Source of the DNA: Cyanophora paradoxa CCMP329
Taxonomy: Eukaryota > Plantae > Glaucophyta
Direction of reading: 5' to 3'
Length of the DNA: 64,000 nt
Assembly: GCA_004431415.1 (NCBI GenBank)
Contig: QPMI01000408.1
Location: forward strand, 1,163,364-1,227,363
A program made the position numbers and the translations under genes. Numbering within the stretch: position 1 is the first letter of the stretch; the number at the start of each line of letters is the position of its first letter. The notes below the pieces were generated by a model. That model was given only the letters and a program-made list of their open reading frames with translations, did no database searches and was not told the origin of the DNA. This document shows, one piece after another, positions 12,957 through 24,946 of the stretch.

Positions 12957-15900
12957 ATGAGCGCGGCGGCTGCTCCACCGCAGCCCACGCCGGCTCCGCC
13001 AGCTCCAGCACCGATCCAGCCCGCAGCTGACTCGGCCGCCCCACCTCAAATAGCACAGGCCACGGCAGCGGCAGCAGCACCGTCACAGCCGCCTGCCCAG
13101 CCAGGTCAACCTGCCACCGCCCAGCCCTCAGCAGCACCGCCAGCTCAGCCCGCCGCCACTTCCCCCGCCCCCGGCGCCGCTCAGCCTGCGGGGCAGCCGC
13201 CAGCACAACCCGCCGCTGTGCCGCCTGCCCCGGCTGCCGCTCAGCCCGCGGGAGCGCCGCCAGCACAGCCTGCCGCGGCGCCGCCCGCCCCGGCCGGCGC
13301 TCAGCCCGCGGACCGCCGCCGGCACAGCCCGCTGTCGCGCCGCCTGCCCCGGCTGCCGCTCAGCCCGCGGGAGCGCCGCCGGCACAGCCCGCTGCCGCGC
13401 CGCCTGCCCCAGCCGCCGCTCAGCCTGCGGAGCAGCCGCCAGCGCAGCCCGCCGCCGCGGCCCCGCCCCGGCCGCCTCTCAGCCTGCAGGGCAGCCGCCA
13501 GTTCCGCCGGCTGTCGCGACCCCTGCCCCGCGTCTGGTCAGCCCGCGGGAACGCCGCCAGCACAACCCGCTGTCGCGCCGCCCGCCCCGGCCGGCGCTCA
13601 GCCCGCGGGAGCGCCGCCAGCACAGCCTGCCGCTGCGCCGCCCGCCCCGGTCGCCACTCAGCCCGCAGGACCGCCGCCGGCACAGCCCGCTGCCGCGCCG
13701 CCTGCCCCGGCCGCCGCTCAGCCCGCAGGACCGCCGCCAGCACAGCCCGCCGTCGCGCCGCCCGCTCCGGCCGCCGCTGCACCCGCCCCGGCCGCCGCTC
13801 AGCCCGCGGGAGCGCCGCCAGCACAGCCCGCCGCCGTGGCACCCTCCCGGCCGCCGCTGAGCCCGCAGGAGCGCCGCCAGCTCAGCCTGCCGCCGCGCCG
13901 CCTGCCCCGGCCGCCGCTCAGCCCGCGGGACCACCGTCGGCACAGCCCGCCGCCGCGCCGCCCGCCCCGGCCGCCGCTCAGCCCGCGGGAGCGCCGCCAG
14001 CACAGCCCGCCGCCGTGGCACCATCCCGGCCGCCGCTGAGCCCGCGGGAGCGCCGCCAGCACAGCCCGCCGCCGCGGCACCCGCCCCGGCCGCCGCTGAG
14101 CCCGCAGGAGCGCCGCCAGCTCAGCCTGCCGCCGCGCCGCCTGCCCCGGCCGGCGCTCAGCCCGCGGGACCGCCGCCGGCACAGCCCGCTGTCGCGCCGC
14201 CTGCCCCGGCTGCCGCTCAGCCCGCGGGACCGCCGCCGGCACAGCCCGCCGCGGCGCCGCCCGCCACGGCCGCCACTCAGCCTGCGGGACCGCCGCCAGC
14301 ACAGCCTGCCGCTGCGCCGCCTGCCCCAGCCGCCGCTCAGCCTGCGGAGCAGCCGCCAGCGCAGCCCGCCGCTGCTGCCCCGCCCCGGCCGCCGCTCAGC
14401 CCGCAGGACCGCCGCCGGCACAGCCCGCTGCCGCGCCGCCTGCCCCGGTCGCCACTCAGCCTGCGGGCAGCCGCCAGTTCAGCCAGTCGCCGCCGTCCCC
14501 GCCCCGGCTGCACCTCAGCCCGCCGCCGCGGCCCCCGCCCCGCCGCCGCCCAGCCCGCCGCTCAGCCCGCCGCCGCAGCCCCCGCTCCGGCCGCCGCTCA
14601 GGCTGCGGGGCAGCCGCCAGTTCAGCCCGCGGCGCCGGCGGCCGCCCAGCCGACCGTCCCGGCCGCTGCGCAGCCGCAAGCCCAGGCGGCGGCGCAGGCG
14701 CCAGCTCAGCCCGCCGCCGCTGCCGCCGCCTCGGCGCTGGCGCAGCTCCCGCAGAGCATCACGCGCGACCTCCAGAACTTCCTCCTGCAGTGCGCCGCCC
14801 TCGCGGACGCCAACCTCGCCGCCGCCGGCCCGCCCGCCGCCGGCCTCCTGCCCTTCGCGGCCGCCGCCCCCGCCCCGCGAGGCCGGCCCGGCAGCCGCCC
14901 CGGCGCCCGCCCCGGCCCCGGCGCAACCCGCGGAGGCCCCGGCGCCCGTGACGTCTACACGCACGCCCGCGAGCCCGCCGCCGCGGCCGACCAGTGGACG
15001 GTACGCGTACCCCTCCCCGTCCTCGTCGTACCCCTGACGGCTCCGCAGGCTGCGGTCACGGGCTTCGCGGTCGAGCAGGCGCCCGCCGAGCCGCCGGTCC
15101 GGTCGGCGCCGGCCCCGCCGCAGGCCGCCCCGCCCCCGGCGCAGGTCCGACCGCCCTCCCGCCCGCCCGCCGCCTATCCCCTCCTCCTGACGCCTCTGGC
15201 GGCAGGTCTTCCACGTCCAGACCCCCGTCCAGGTCGTCGTGGCGACGCCGGCCCAGACCGGCGCGGCGGCACCCGCGGCCCCGCCCCAGCAGGGCGCCCC
15301 GCCGCCGCAGCACGGCGCCGCCCCGCCGCCGCAGCAGCAGGGCGCACCGCCGCCGCAGCAGGCGGGGGCGGCGCTGCAGGGGGCGGGCTACGCGGAGCGC
15401 CTGGGCCTGCAGCTCGGCATCCTCGGCACCAAGTCCAACTACCAGCTCCCTTACAAAGCCCGCGCCCCCTTCTCCGCTCCCCCTCCTTGCCTCCTCTTTC
15501 TTCTCCACTGAGTTCGAGTCCACCCCTCAGGTCCGGGAGATCATGGACGCGCGCGAGGCGGACCGCCTCTACTCCCAGGTCCGCCCCCCGCCCTCGCCCC
15601 GGCCCCCGCCCTTGGATTCGGATGGGAGATAGGTGGACGATAGCGGGGGATATGATATGCTCGTGGAGCCGGGTGGGGGACAGAGAGAGTGGAAGGGAGT
15701 AGCAGCGAGAGAGCGCGCCGGGTGGAGAGAGGCCCGACGCGGGGCCGGGGCGCGCAGTTCCTGCGGGAGCGCGCGGCGGAGCGGCAGGAGGCCGACGGCG
15801 GGCGCCCGGGCTTCGGCGGGCCCCTCGGGCCCTACGGCTTCGACGAGCGCCCCGGCACCTCCCTCCCGGTGCCGCCTAACTGTTTTAATGTTTCTAACTC

Positions 15901-16744
15901 TGCTTTCTAACTGTTTTAACGTTTAAATCAGATCCGCGACGTGATCGCCCCCGTCTCGCGGCCCGCCACCGGCTCGGCCGGGAGTCCCTCCCGCGGCCGG
16001 CCCTACACGGGCGCCTCGGCGGGGGGGTACGGCCCCGGCTACGACCGCTACGCGCCCCCGCCCGGGGAGTGGCAGCCTGAGCCCGACCCCGGCATCACCT
16101 ACTCCGACCTCTACAACCCGCGCTCGCCGGTGGGTTTCCTTGAACCCTTGGCTAGACTTTAAACTGTTCCGCCCGGATTCGAACCCGCGCCCGCAGTACT
16201 TCAACGGGCGCGGCGTGGACGAGTACGACGAGTACGGCCGCCCGTACGCGGCGGGGCCCGCGCCCCCGCCGCAGGGGTACAGCAGCCACGGCCCGCCCCC
16301 GCCTGGCTCTGCCTACGGCTCGCGCGGCCGCGCGGGCTCACCCACGCGGCGCCCGCCCCCGGGCTCCGCCCCGCCGCCGGGTCGGCGCCGCCCACCAAAG
16401 CCTCGCCTTTTCGCCGGCTGACGTGCGCCATGTGCATGCGCAGAGCCCGGCGCGTACGCCCGCAGCCCGAGCCCTACGCGCTCGCGGCCGCCCTACTCTT
16501 CCGGGGGCTACTCGAATTCCGGGTCCGCCCCTCTCGAACCCGCTCGCGCGCTTCCGCCCCTTACGGCGTACCCCCTGCAGCTACGCGCCCCAGGCCCGCC
16601 GCGCGCCCCCGCCGCAGCAGCGCTCCCGGCCCCCGACCGGCTACGTTGAGGAGCCGTGCGTCGTACCCCCCCTCGCGTTGGCCCTGGCTGCAGCTGCTCG
16701 TTCGATTCGCCGACCGTCCCTTTCCGAGCAGATACTACTACTGA
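12957..16744 (+). CDS. Low-complexity Pro/Ala/Gln tandem-repeat protein with Gly/Tyr/Pro-rich C-terminus
   Basis: ATG at 12957 opens AQPAGAPPAQPAAAPPAPAA repeats. Later spliced exons include VREIMDAREADRLYSQ, GYDRYAPPPGEWQP and DEYDEYGRPY. Several 1-nt frame breaks occur within the array. Confidence 0.6.
13140..14560 (+). repeat. Coding minisatellite, ~60-bp unit, >20 copies
   Basis: Recurrent GCTCAGCCCGCGGGAGCGCCGCCAGCACAGCCCGCCGCCGCGCCGCCCGCCCCGGCCGCC-like unit. Confidence 0.95.
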
Positions 16745-16990
16745 GTGCCCGCGGGCTTCGCTGGAATGATCAGTTCATACTTCGATACCCCCGCGGCTGC
16801 CCCGGCCCGGAGCGACGGCGCCGGTGCCGGCTGCCGTGGGGGGCGTACCACACCAACTTCTAGTTAGGCAGACGTCGGGTCTTGTTCATATTGCGGTGGA
16901 AATACACGTTTTTGACGAGAGGCGACGAGGGCGATCCGAAATTAAAATAAACAAACGTAACATTGAAGAAAACAATCTGCAGCTGCCGCG

Positions 16991-18819
16991 CTACGAGGTC
17001 TCGTAGACTATCTCCGTGTGAAGGAGCAGGACTCGGAGCGCCTCGCGCTCCTCCTCGCCGATCGCGGCGGCCGCCTCCGGCTTGATCGTCAGGCGGCGGA
17101 GGCGCTTCAGGTGGGACACGGCGGCAAGGCCGCCCGCGGAGTCGAGGGGAAGCGGCGACCCCACGGTGAGCTTCTCGAGGGAGGGCACGTCGGCGGCCAG
17201 CCGCTGCGGAACGAATCATGATCGTGAACCGTGATACAAACGGCAACCCGGATTCAGTTGACCTACCTTGAGAAAATTGCCTGGAATGACGTCCACGCTG
17301 TTGTTACAGCGGATTGACAGGGTCCTGAGGCTCCCCCACTGCTTCAAAGATTGCTCCCCCAAGGCCGACAGCGCGGGGGGCGAAGCCTTCAAATAAAGAT
17401 CCTGTGCAAAATCGAAGTCAGCAGGGCAAATGGCCTGGGGAAGCTTTTTTGAGGCATATGAGGAATTTCGATTACCTCCAGAGCGTGCAGCTTCGAGGCC
17501 GATGCAGCAAAGATTGCCGTGTGGACTTCATTGTTTGAGAAGTGTATCAGGGAGGCGCTCCGCAGCCCGCCAGCAACGGACACAAGCGGCGACATGTCGG
17601 CTGCTTCCCCAGTGATCAGGTGAATGTAGTCCAGCTTCATACCGCTGAGGTGGCCGAGGTGTAGGTGGCTCACAGTGACAGCGTACGCTGCTCGAAAAGG
17701 CATAAGTTACGTGATCCAAGCAACTCCAGGCACGACGCTCTCGATTATAATTAGACACGATTCTCTCACCCCGCAGAGAAGCAAGACTGGCAAGTGGCTC
17801 CAACTCTGCCTCGGAAGCGTCTGGGTAGATTATCCTCCCGTCCGCGTCGTGGATATCTGTTCGCAGAGCGTGAGATCATGAGTTGTGCATAAGCGAAGCA
17901 TCTGTTGCTGTTATACGAAGCATCAGAAGGCTCACCCACTGTTACCTGTTCCAACTGGTGGAAAGAAGCGATCGCTGACATGACGGGGAGCAGTGCGCCA
18001 TCTCTCATCACTCCACACCTCAGTCTCTTCAGCGTCGGAGCCAGCGGTGCGAGAGCTTGCAAGGTCTCGAGAGTCAGGGGAAAGCTGGTCATGAGAGGAC
18101 GGTCAAGCCACGGAGGGCAAGCTCGAGCTCAAAGACACGGCATTACTCACCATCTTATTTGCAAGCTCTGCAGATTGCACGTTGCCAACGCCTGCAGAGA
18201 GCCCTGAAAATACGGACCGATAACAGATTGCACATTCTGCCTCGGCCAATCTACCGACATCGAGGAAATGACCAGCTGCAGGGAAGAAGAACGTGAGAGG
18301 GGTAAAAAGCCGTGGTATTTCTTTTTTTTTGGGGGGGGGGGGGGGGGGGGCTTTAATTCTGACCTGTTCAAGGCGCGTGAAGTGATGAAGCGCGGGAAAG
18401 ATGTACGCAGGGATACCGCTAACGAATTTGAGACGCAGCTCACTGAGCTGAGTGCCGAAAGCTTGGCACAGCTCTTTCCACGATTTGACATTGATACTGC
18501 AATCCAGTAGCCCGAGACTTTGTAGAGCTTCGTGTCGCTTCTTTGGCTGTTTGAGAAAGGCTGCAATAGATTGGTCGCTGCCTGGAGCAATTATCATGCG
18601 CTGCCAGAGACTGGGCTGCTGGGCGAGGCTGCGGAACCGGCGGGAGACGTGGCTCAGCTGCACGAGCTCGAGCAGTTTCTGAGAAGTGATGCTGGTGGAT
18701 CCAACGAACAGCATGGACCCCGCTTCCATCCCGACGTGCTCCGACGCCAGCGCGATGATACGGGAGACGAGTTCGTCGGGAAGCGCGTCGAACGGGCTGC
18801 CTCCGGCAGCCATCGCCAT
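16991..18819 (-). CDS. F-box/leucine-rich-repeat protein
   Basis: F-box PFDALPDELVSRII...LSHVSRRFRSLAQQPSLW followed by LxxLxL repeats (LQSLGL, LSELRL, LKRLRC, LEKLTV, LRRLTI). A possible extra 5' exon starts near 19103. Confidence 0.88.
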
Positions 18820-19440
18820 AACAACGCTCGTGGCCGCTGCGCCGCAAAGAATGGTCAAAGACAAACGTCGTCGCCGGCCGAACGTCAACGGTCGCGCACC
18901 GCTCGCGCCCGGCGAAGGGACTCCGTGCGCGGCGGCCGCGTCGCTTCCTGTGCGTCGAGCTCAGAGCGCGACCGGAGATGGGCAGCTGGTGTGCGGATCC
19001 ACTGACCGGCAGCAGCCGCTGCCGACGCGGAACCGATGGGCGCTTCATCCGGATTCGCCCTCGCCCGCTTCGCCGTCCGCTCGAACTCCATCTCTCGCGC
19101 CATCACGCCTCCGCGCCTGCTCGTTGCTTGCTCGCTGCACGCATGTCCCTACGAATCGAATCGAATCGCCGAGTTGCTAGAGCGACTGGCAGTCGACTAC
19201 TCCAAGTCACCGCAACAAGGCCACGAGCGAGTGCGCCGAGGCCTGCTCCAAACCAGAGCCCGCAGCTCAGCGGCAGCTTAGCCGCAACTCAGCGGCAACC
19301 TCACGCGGGTACAGTGTTTTCGCCGGTGGTCTGGGTACAGGATCTAGATCCCGGCGGGTACAGATCGGGCCCCCCGTTTCAAGTTTGTTGTTATTTAGGG
19401 TAAACGTGCGGCAGATTTTGGTTTGTCCATTGTATGACGG

Positions 19441-22400
19441 CTACAGCTGCAGGATGCCTTGCGCGTGCAGCTCGCGCGCGGAGGGGGGTACGGCTTCGAG
19501 GGCGACGAGCGGGGGTGGGGAGGCCGCGGTCGCAGGGCCCGCCGGGCGGTCCACGGCACACAGTAGGCGGACGCGCGTGCCCGCGATCTGCTCGATCCAG
19601 ATGCCTGCCCGGGGTCGGGCCGCTCAGGGCGCGCAGGGGTACACTGCACGCGGAGCGGGAATGGGGTACCGCACCGGAGAGCTCAGCGACCTTGCCGGGG
19701 GGTACGCCGGCGAGGCCGAGGGGCGCCCCGCCGGCCTCTGGGCGCGGCTCGGTCGGGAAGAGGCAGCCCCGCACGATCCCCACGTCCGCCTGCGGGGCAC
19801 GTCTGAGCGGGCCGGAGGGGGTACGGGGACCGAGTCGACTCGCCTCGACCTCGAGCGCCGGTGCGCCGGGGGCAGCGCCGGGGGGAGCGATCCGCAGGAG
19901 GGCACGGGGTACGCTTGCAGGGCGGGGCGCGGGCGTCCTGCGGCGAGAGAGAATGAGAGAGGGGCGGGCGCCGGCGGGCCGACAGGAGGCGCGCTCGCCT
20001 GCAGCGGGGGCAGAAGGATGCGGTGGGGAGGCCACCGGGCCTGCGCGGGGCGCGTCGGGGATCGCGGGATCGAATTCGGGCGGACCCGCTGCGCACGGCT
20101 GCGAGAGGCCAACCCGCAGCGCGAGCGGCGCCGCGCAGGCTCCGCAGGCGTCATAAGGGGGCTGCGGGGGTGCGTGAGGGGGAACCGGTGCTGAGAGCGG
20201 GCGTGGGTACAGCGCGCACGAGGTCGTCGGAGGAGGAGGAGAGGACGGTACCCAGGACGGCGATGAGGGGACCCCGGGGGGCCCGGGAGAACGCGAGGGG
20301 TACGCGGGGGGCGGGAGTGCCCCCAAGGAGAGCCGAGGGTACGGGGGCGAGGAGGAGGGGGGAGGAGCCGGCGTCGATGCGGGGCGGCGGGAGCGGGTCG
20401 GGGCCGTCCCAGGGGAGGGGTACCGCAAAGGAAGAGAAGCGGTCGGCGATGAGGAGGGGTCTGCGGAGGGGTACAACATCAAAGAACGAAGATGAGGGCC
20501 AGGCACAAGCGCACGGGCGGAAGGCGGGGCCGGCGGGGCCCGGCTCGTCGTCCCTGCGGCAATCTAAGCGGCCTTCGGAGCGGTAGGGGGGTACAACGCC
20601 GCGCACGAGGACCGGAGCAGGGGTACGGCGTCGCGGAGGAGCAGCGGGGTACGCGCCCGGAGGCTGTCCAGGGCCTGGCCCGCCAGGAGGGGGTCCCGAA
20701 TCTCGACCGACTCCACAGCGCTGGAGGGGGTACGACGATTGAGATTTGGGGGTACGGGGATGGCGAAAAGGGGTTCTGGCGCACTCCGAGGGCCCCGCCG
20801 GGTCGACGACATACAGGAGTACCCGGGAGAGCCTGCAGCGGGTACGGCGTTAAGACGAGGGCGAGTTGGGTACGGGCGAGCGCGCACGGCTCGCAGAGGG
20901 AACCGGCGGGGAGGGGGCGGGCGGCGATGAGGAGGAGGGGGCACGAGAGGCGGGGCGGGAGGGGTTCGGGGGGCGGGGCCGCGGGGGCCTGCCCGTCGCC
21001 GATCTCGAGGACGCGCAGTGCGGCGCTCCCGTCGCGGGACGTCGCCGCCCGTCTCGCCGCCTCCTGAAGAAGTACCGTGTTCGGCTCGGGGGGCGGGGGA
21101 AGGGGCTCCTCGGGGGGTAGAGCCTCGGCGGCCGAGTCGGCGCCGCAGGAGAGGACGAGGAGGGCGCGGGGGGGTACGGCCCCGCCGCCGCGGAGCACGG
21201 CGGCCACAGCGGAGATCGCGTCTCGCCCCGACCTGCGAAGTTTGTGTCAGCGGGAGAAACAGAAGCCGAAGGGGGGTAGCCGCACAGTCGGCGGGAGGGG
21301 TAGAGGTGGCTGATCCGGAAGGAGCACCCCTCCCCCCCGAGGAGGGCCTCCACCAGGGGGCCCCTGGGGGGCAGCTCCAGGGCGCAGACGGCGGTGGGGG
21401 GTACAGACGCGTCGGAGAGGAGGACGAGGGGGGGCGCGGCGCGGCCGGCGCCGGGGAAGCCGCGGGGGACGGCCCGGGCGACCCGGGCTTCCAGAGCGAA
21501 GGGTCCCGGAGGGGGGGCGCGCGCCAGGGAGGCCGGGGTGTGGACGGAGCGGGAGGGTACGGGACCAAAGGGCGAGGCGGAGGCGTCGGGGGCGTCGAAC
21601 CCAACCGCGGCGGGGCCCGCGGGGGCGGCTCGGGCCCCGGGGCGCGCGTCGGGGGGTACGCGGGAGAGGAGGGAGGGCAGGTCCATCCCCGGGGGGGGAT
21701 CGAAGGGCTCGAGGAGGCGGGGGCCGAGGACCAGCGGGCGGGCGTACCCCGACACCCGCTGCAGGCGCCTGCCGCTCGATCAGAAAACAAAAGAAACGAA
21801 AAGAAAGGAAAGGAAAGGAGAGGAAGGGGCACCAGGGGGCGTGGACGCGGACGAGGCAGCCCGGGTCGAGGGGGGGACACTCGCGGGAGCGCTGGTGGGG
21901 GGGGATGAACGCCACGTCCACCCAGTCCTGGGAAGGGGAAGAGTGAGATGCGGGGGCCCAGGGGCGCTCTGAGGGCGCTGAGGAGCTCTGTAGGGCGCAG
22001 GGGACTTCGCTGCCGCCCGAAGGACGCTCGAAGCTCGGGCGAGACTCGAGCGAGGGAGCCCGTCGCCTTAGAAGAAGCTAGCGAGAACGAGCTAGAAGCT
22101 AGAAGCTAGAAGCTAGAACCCAGTCCTAGGAAGGGGAAGAGTGAGGGGCGGGGCCCGGGGGCGCCCCGAGGACGACACCAAGGTGCTCTGCAGGGCGCAG
22201 GGGACTTTCCGCGAGGCAGCCCGTCGCCCTAGAAGACGCTAGCCGGAACAAGCTGGCTAGATGGAGCTACATGGAGCCGGCTAGAATCTAGAAGCGGGGG
22301 TGGAGCCGGCTAGAAGCTACAAGCTAGGGTCTAGACGAGAACACATGCACCTCCTGCGGCGAAGCGGGGTCCGAGCCGGCCGGCTCCAGAGGGCCGCTGC

Positions 22401-24572
22401 GCCGCACGTGAGGCGAGAAGAGGGGGCGAGAGAGGAGCGGGGCAGAGGTGCGGACCTGCCGGGGAGCACGCGGCAGGTGGCCACGGGCACGCCCCGCGCC
22501 ATGCGTGCCTGGAGGGGTACGGGGTCAGAGCGGCACAGGGGTGCAGCTAAAGAACAGGGGAAGTGCCTGAACAACGGCCAGGAGGAGGGGGGCCCGACCC
22601 CCGCGCCCCCCCGGCGCCGCGTGCCCCAAACTCTGCGCGGGCGTTGAGGAGGGGTCGAATGGGGGCGAAGGCTTGGGAGGGCTACCCGGAGGCGGTGGTA
22701 AAAGTTGGTCTCGTCGTTCTTCTGGCGGCGGGCGATCTCCGCAAGCCGCCCCGCGTACTGGCCCCTGTACCCCGCCGCCGCTCAGTCAGGGGTACAGGGA
22801 CGAACGAAGAAGGGGGCGGGGCGACGTACTTCGAGGAGCGGCCGCGGGAGGCGTGCGGGCGGGGCGCCTGCAGCTGCGGCTGCTGCCCGGGGGTACCCGA
22901 ATCCGCCGCCGCCGCCCTCAGGCTCTCCAGCCACGCGTTGCGTGACGTTGGACCCGAGGCCCGCGGGGTGAGCGCGGATGAGGGCGCGGGGGGGTACGCC
23001 GCGCCCCCCGAGGACGGCCCCGTGGAGGGCGCGTCGAAGTCCGCGTCGGCCTCGTCCCCCGCGGGGGGGTACGGGGGCGGGGAGGAGGAAAGGGATCCGC
23101 CGGGGGCCGGCGCGAAGGGGTCGACGGGCTTGCTTCGGCTCGCGGAGGAGGAGCGGGGGAAGGACGGGCGGGCGGAGGAGGGGCGCGGCGCGGCAGAGGT
23201 GGCGGGGGCGGCCGGGGCGGCGGCGGCAGCGGCAGCAGAGAGGGGCAGGGACTGCGTTGGGCCCGCGAGCTGCGCCAGGTAGCGCTGCTTGAAGCTGGCG
23301 CCCTCTCCAGGGGGTCCCGACCCCCCCGCCGGGATCACGAACGGGTCGACTGCTGTGGCTGTGGGGCGGACGGGGCGTCAGAGCGGAACGCGCGGAGAGG
23401 GGCGGGAGAAGGAAGGCGCCGCACCCTTCCCGCGGGCGCGGCTGCCGCCGGGGCGGCCGGGGCGGGCGCGCGGGGCGGGCCGGTGCCCGAAGAAGGTCGC
23501 CAGGGAGGGCCCCATGGAGGCGGAGGAGCCGAGGCTCGCCTGGCTCGCGCTGGGGCCCGGGTCCCCCTCCGCCCCGGCCCGGGCCCGTCCGCGAGGGCGA
23601 GCCCGGCGGCGTCAGCATCGCCTTGAACGCCGCCGCGGCGGCCGCTGACGGCTGCGAGTGGCGCGGCCGCTTGCGGGGCACGAAGGCGCCGCCGGGCAGC
23701 TCCCTCGCCACAGCGGCGCCCGCGAACGGGAAGCGGCGCGCCCCCGCGGCTGCGGAGGACTGGCCTGCGGCGCGCGTTAGCGGGCGGGGCGCAGAGAGCG
23801 GCGCGGGCGGCCGCGCACCGTCGTCGCCCGCCGCAGGTGCCGCCGCCTGGCCTGCGGGCGGCACGGGCGGGCGAGTGGGCGGGGCGCGGAGCGGGTCCCG
23901 GGTGCGCGAACGCACCACCCTCCTCCTGCTCCTGCTCCTGTTCGTCTGCGTCGCCTTGGGACCAGTCCGCGTCGTCGCCGCCCGGGCCGAAGAGGTCGCC
24001 GAAGGACGGGACGGCGGAGGTCCACGGGGCGACGTGCTCCTCCGCGCTCTCCGCGAGCCGCTTCGCCGCTTCCTTCTCCCGCCTCGCGCGGATGACTTCC
24101 GCGTCCTCGCCGACCTCCGGCTCCGCTGCGGGGCGGGAGTCAGCGCGCATGCGGCGGGCCGAGGCGATGCCGCACGTACGCTCGTTCAGACGGTCATCGG
24201 GCTTCTGCGAGCGCGCGGCGGTAGCGTCAGAAGCGCTTGGGAGAGCTGCAGAATGAGCGCACGCCACGAAGGAGCTGCCGCTCCTTGAGGAGGTTCACGA
24301 GCGCGTCGCGCTCGTTCTGGCCATAGAGCACCATCACCTCGTCCTCCTCTGCGGCCCCGGGCGCGCGTGGGTCGCGCTGCAGACGCGCTCGCTCGCACGG
24401 CTCGTTCACCGGCGTAGTCCTCGTAGGCCTCGGCGTCCTCCACCCTCGAATCCCATCTCGGCGGCTCCGCGAGCTGCGGGAGCGTGCGTGAGCACGGCGC
24501 GCTCCGGAATTCCCGGATCGAATTCGCGCCACGGACCGCCGAGCCGAACACCGGGGCGCCCCGCCGCATCAT
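19441..24572 (-). CDS. SPIDR-like protein: disordered N-terminus plus tandem OB folds, the last with a CxxC zinc ribbon
   Basis: Exons LLLAVVQ|ARMARGVPVATCRVL, DWVDVAF...GCLVRVHAPW|RLQRVSGYARPLVLG, FALEARVARAVP...LVLLSDA, YDACGAC and ADVGIVRGCLFP..LAGVPPGKVAEL, ending ELHAQGILQL*. Family assigned by recalled similarity, not by search. Confidence 0.55.
21921..22245. repeat. Intronic direct duplication (~200-bp period) that includes a splice acceptor; (AGAAGCT)n lies between the copies
   Basis: CCCAGTCCT(G/A)GGAAGGGGAAGAGTGAG at 21921 and 22119; GCTCTG(T/C)AGGGCGCAGGGGACTT at 21985 and 22185. Confidence 0.9.
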
Positions 24573-24636
24573 AATCTTGCGGCGGTGCTCAGTTGCGCCG
24601 CTGCGCTCGAACGCTGCGGCTCGGTGGCCGCCAGTT
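24323..24636 (-). repeat. Inverted repeat copy A (5' end of the SPIDR-like gene)
   Basis: Reverse complement closely matches 30457-30789, e.g. ATGATGCGGCGGGGCGCCC, GGCGCGAATTCGATCCGGGAATTCC and GAGGGTGGAGGACGCCGAGGCCTACGAGGACTACG. Confidence 0.95.
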
Positions 24637-24946
24637 CGGCTCAGTCTTTCGCCTCGTACCCCCCCCCCCGCATTGGGGCCTAGTTTGGGCCTCTGGCGCT
24701 GTTGGTCAAGCCTGGTCTGAGCCCGCTAAAACAGCGCGTCCCATTCAAGCCTCTCATTCAAGCCGTCCTCAACCTCGATCTTCTTCCAAGCCCAGCCCCT
24801 CTATTCTAAGCCTGTCAAACCCAAGCCACAACCTGACCCACGCAAAAACGCAGCAGATAACGAGAGAAACTCTCTTTATTCACTCGCGCGCAAGATCAGA
24901 CGTGGGGCGCGCTCAAGTGATAAGCTAGCTAGTGAAGCTCCCTAGC

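Noticed and set aside
13290-14560. Repeated frame switches in the PAQ array as programmed frameshifting or phase variation
   Set aside because: The 1-nt losses fall in G/C runs and similar indels occur across unrelated genes, so long-read consensus error is more parsimonious.
13140-14560. Regular repeats as a CRISPR array
   Set aside because: There are no unique spacers, the context is coding and eukaryotic, and no cas genes are present.
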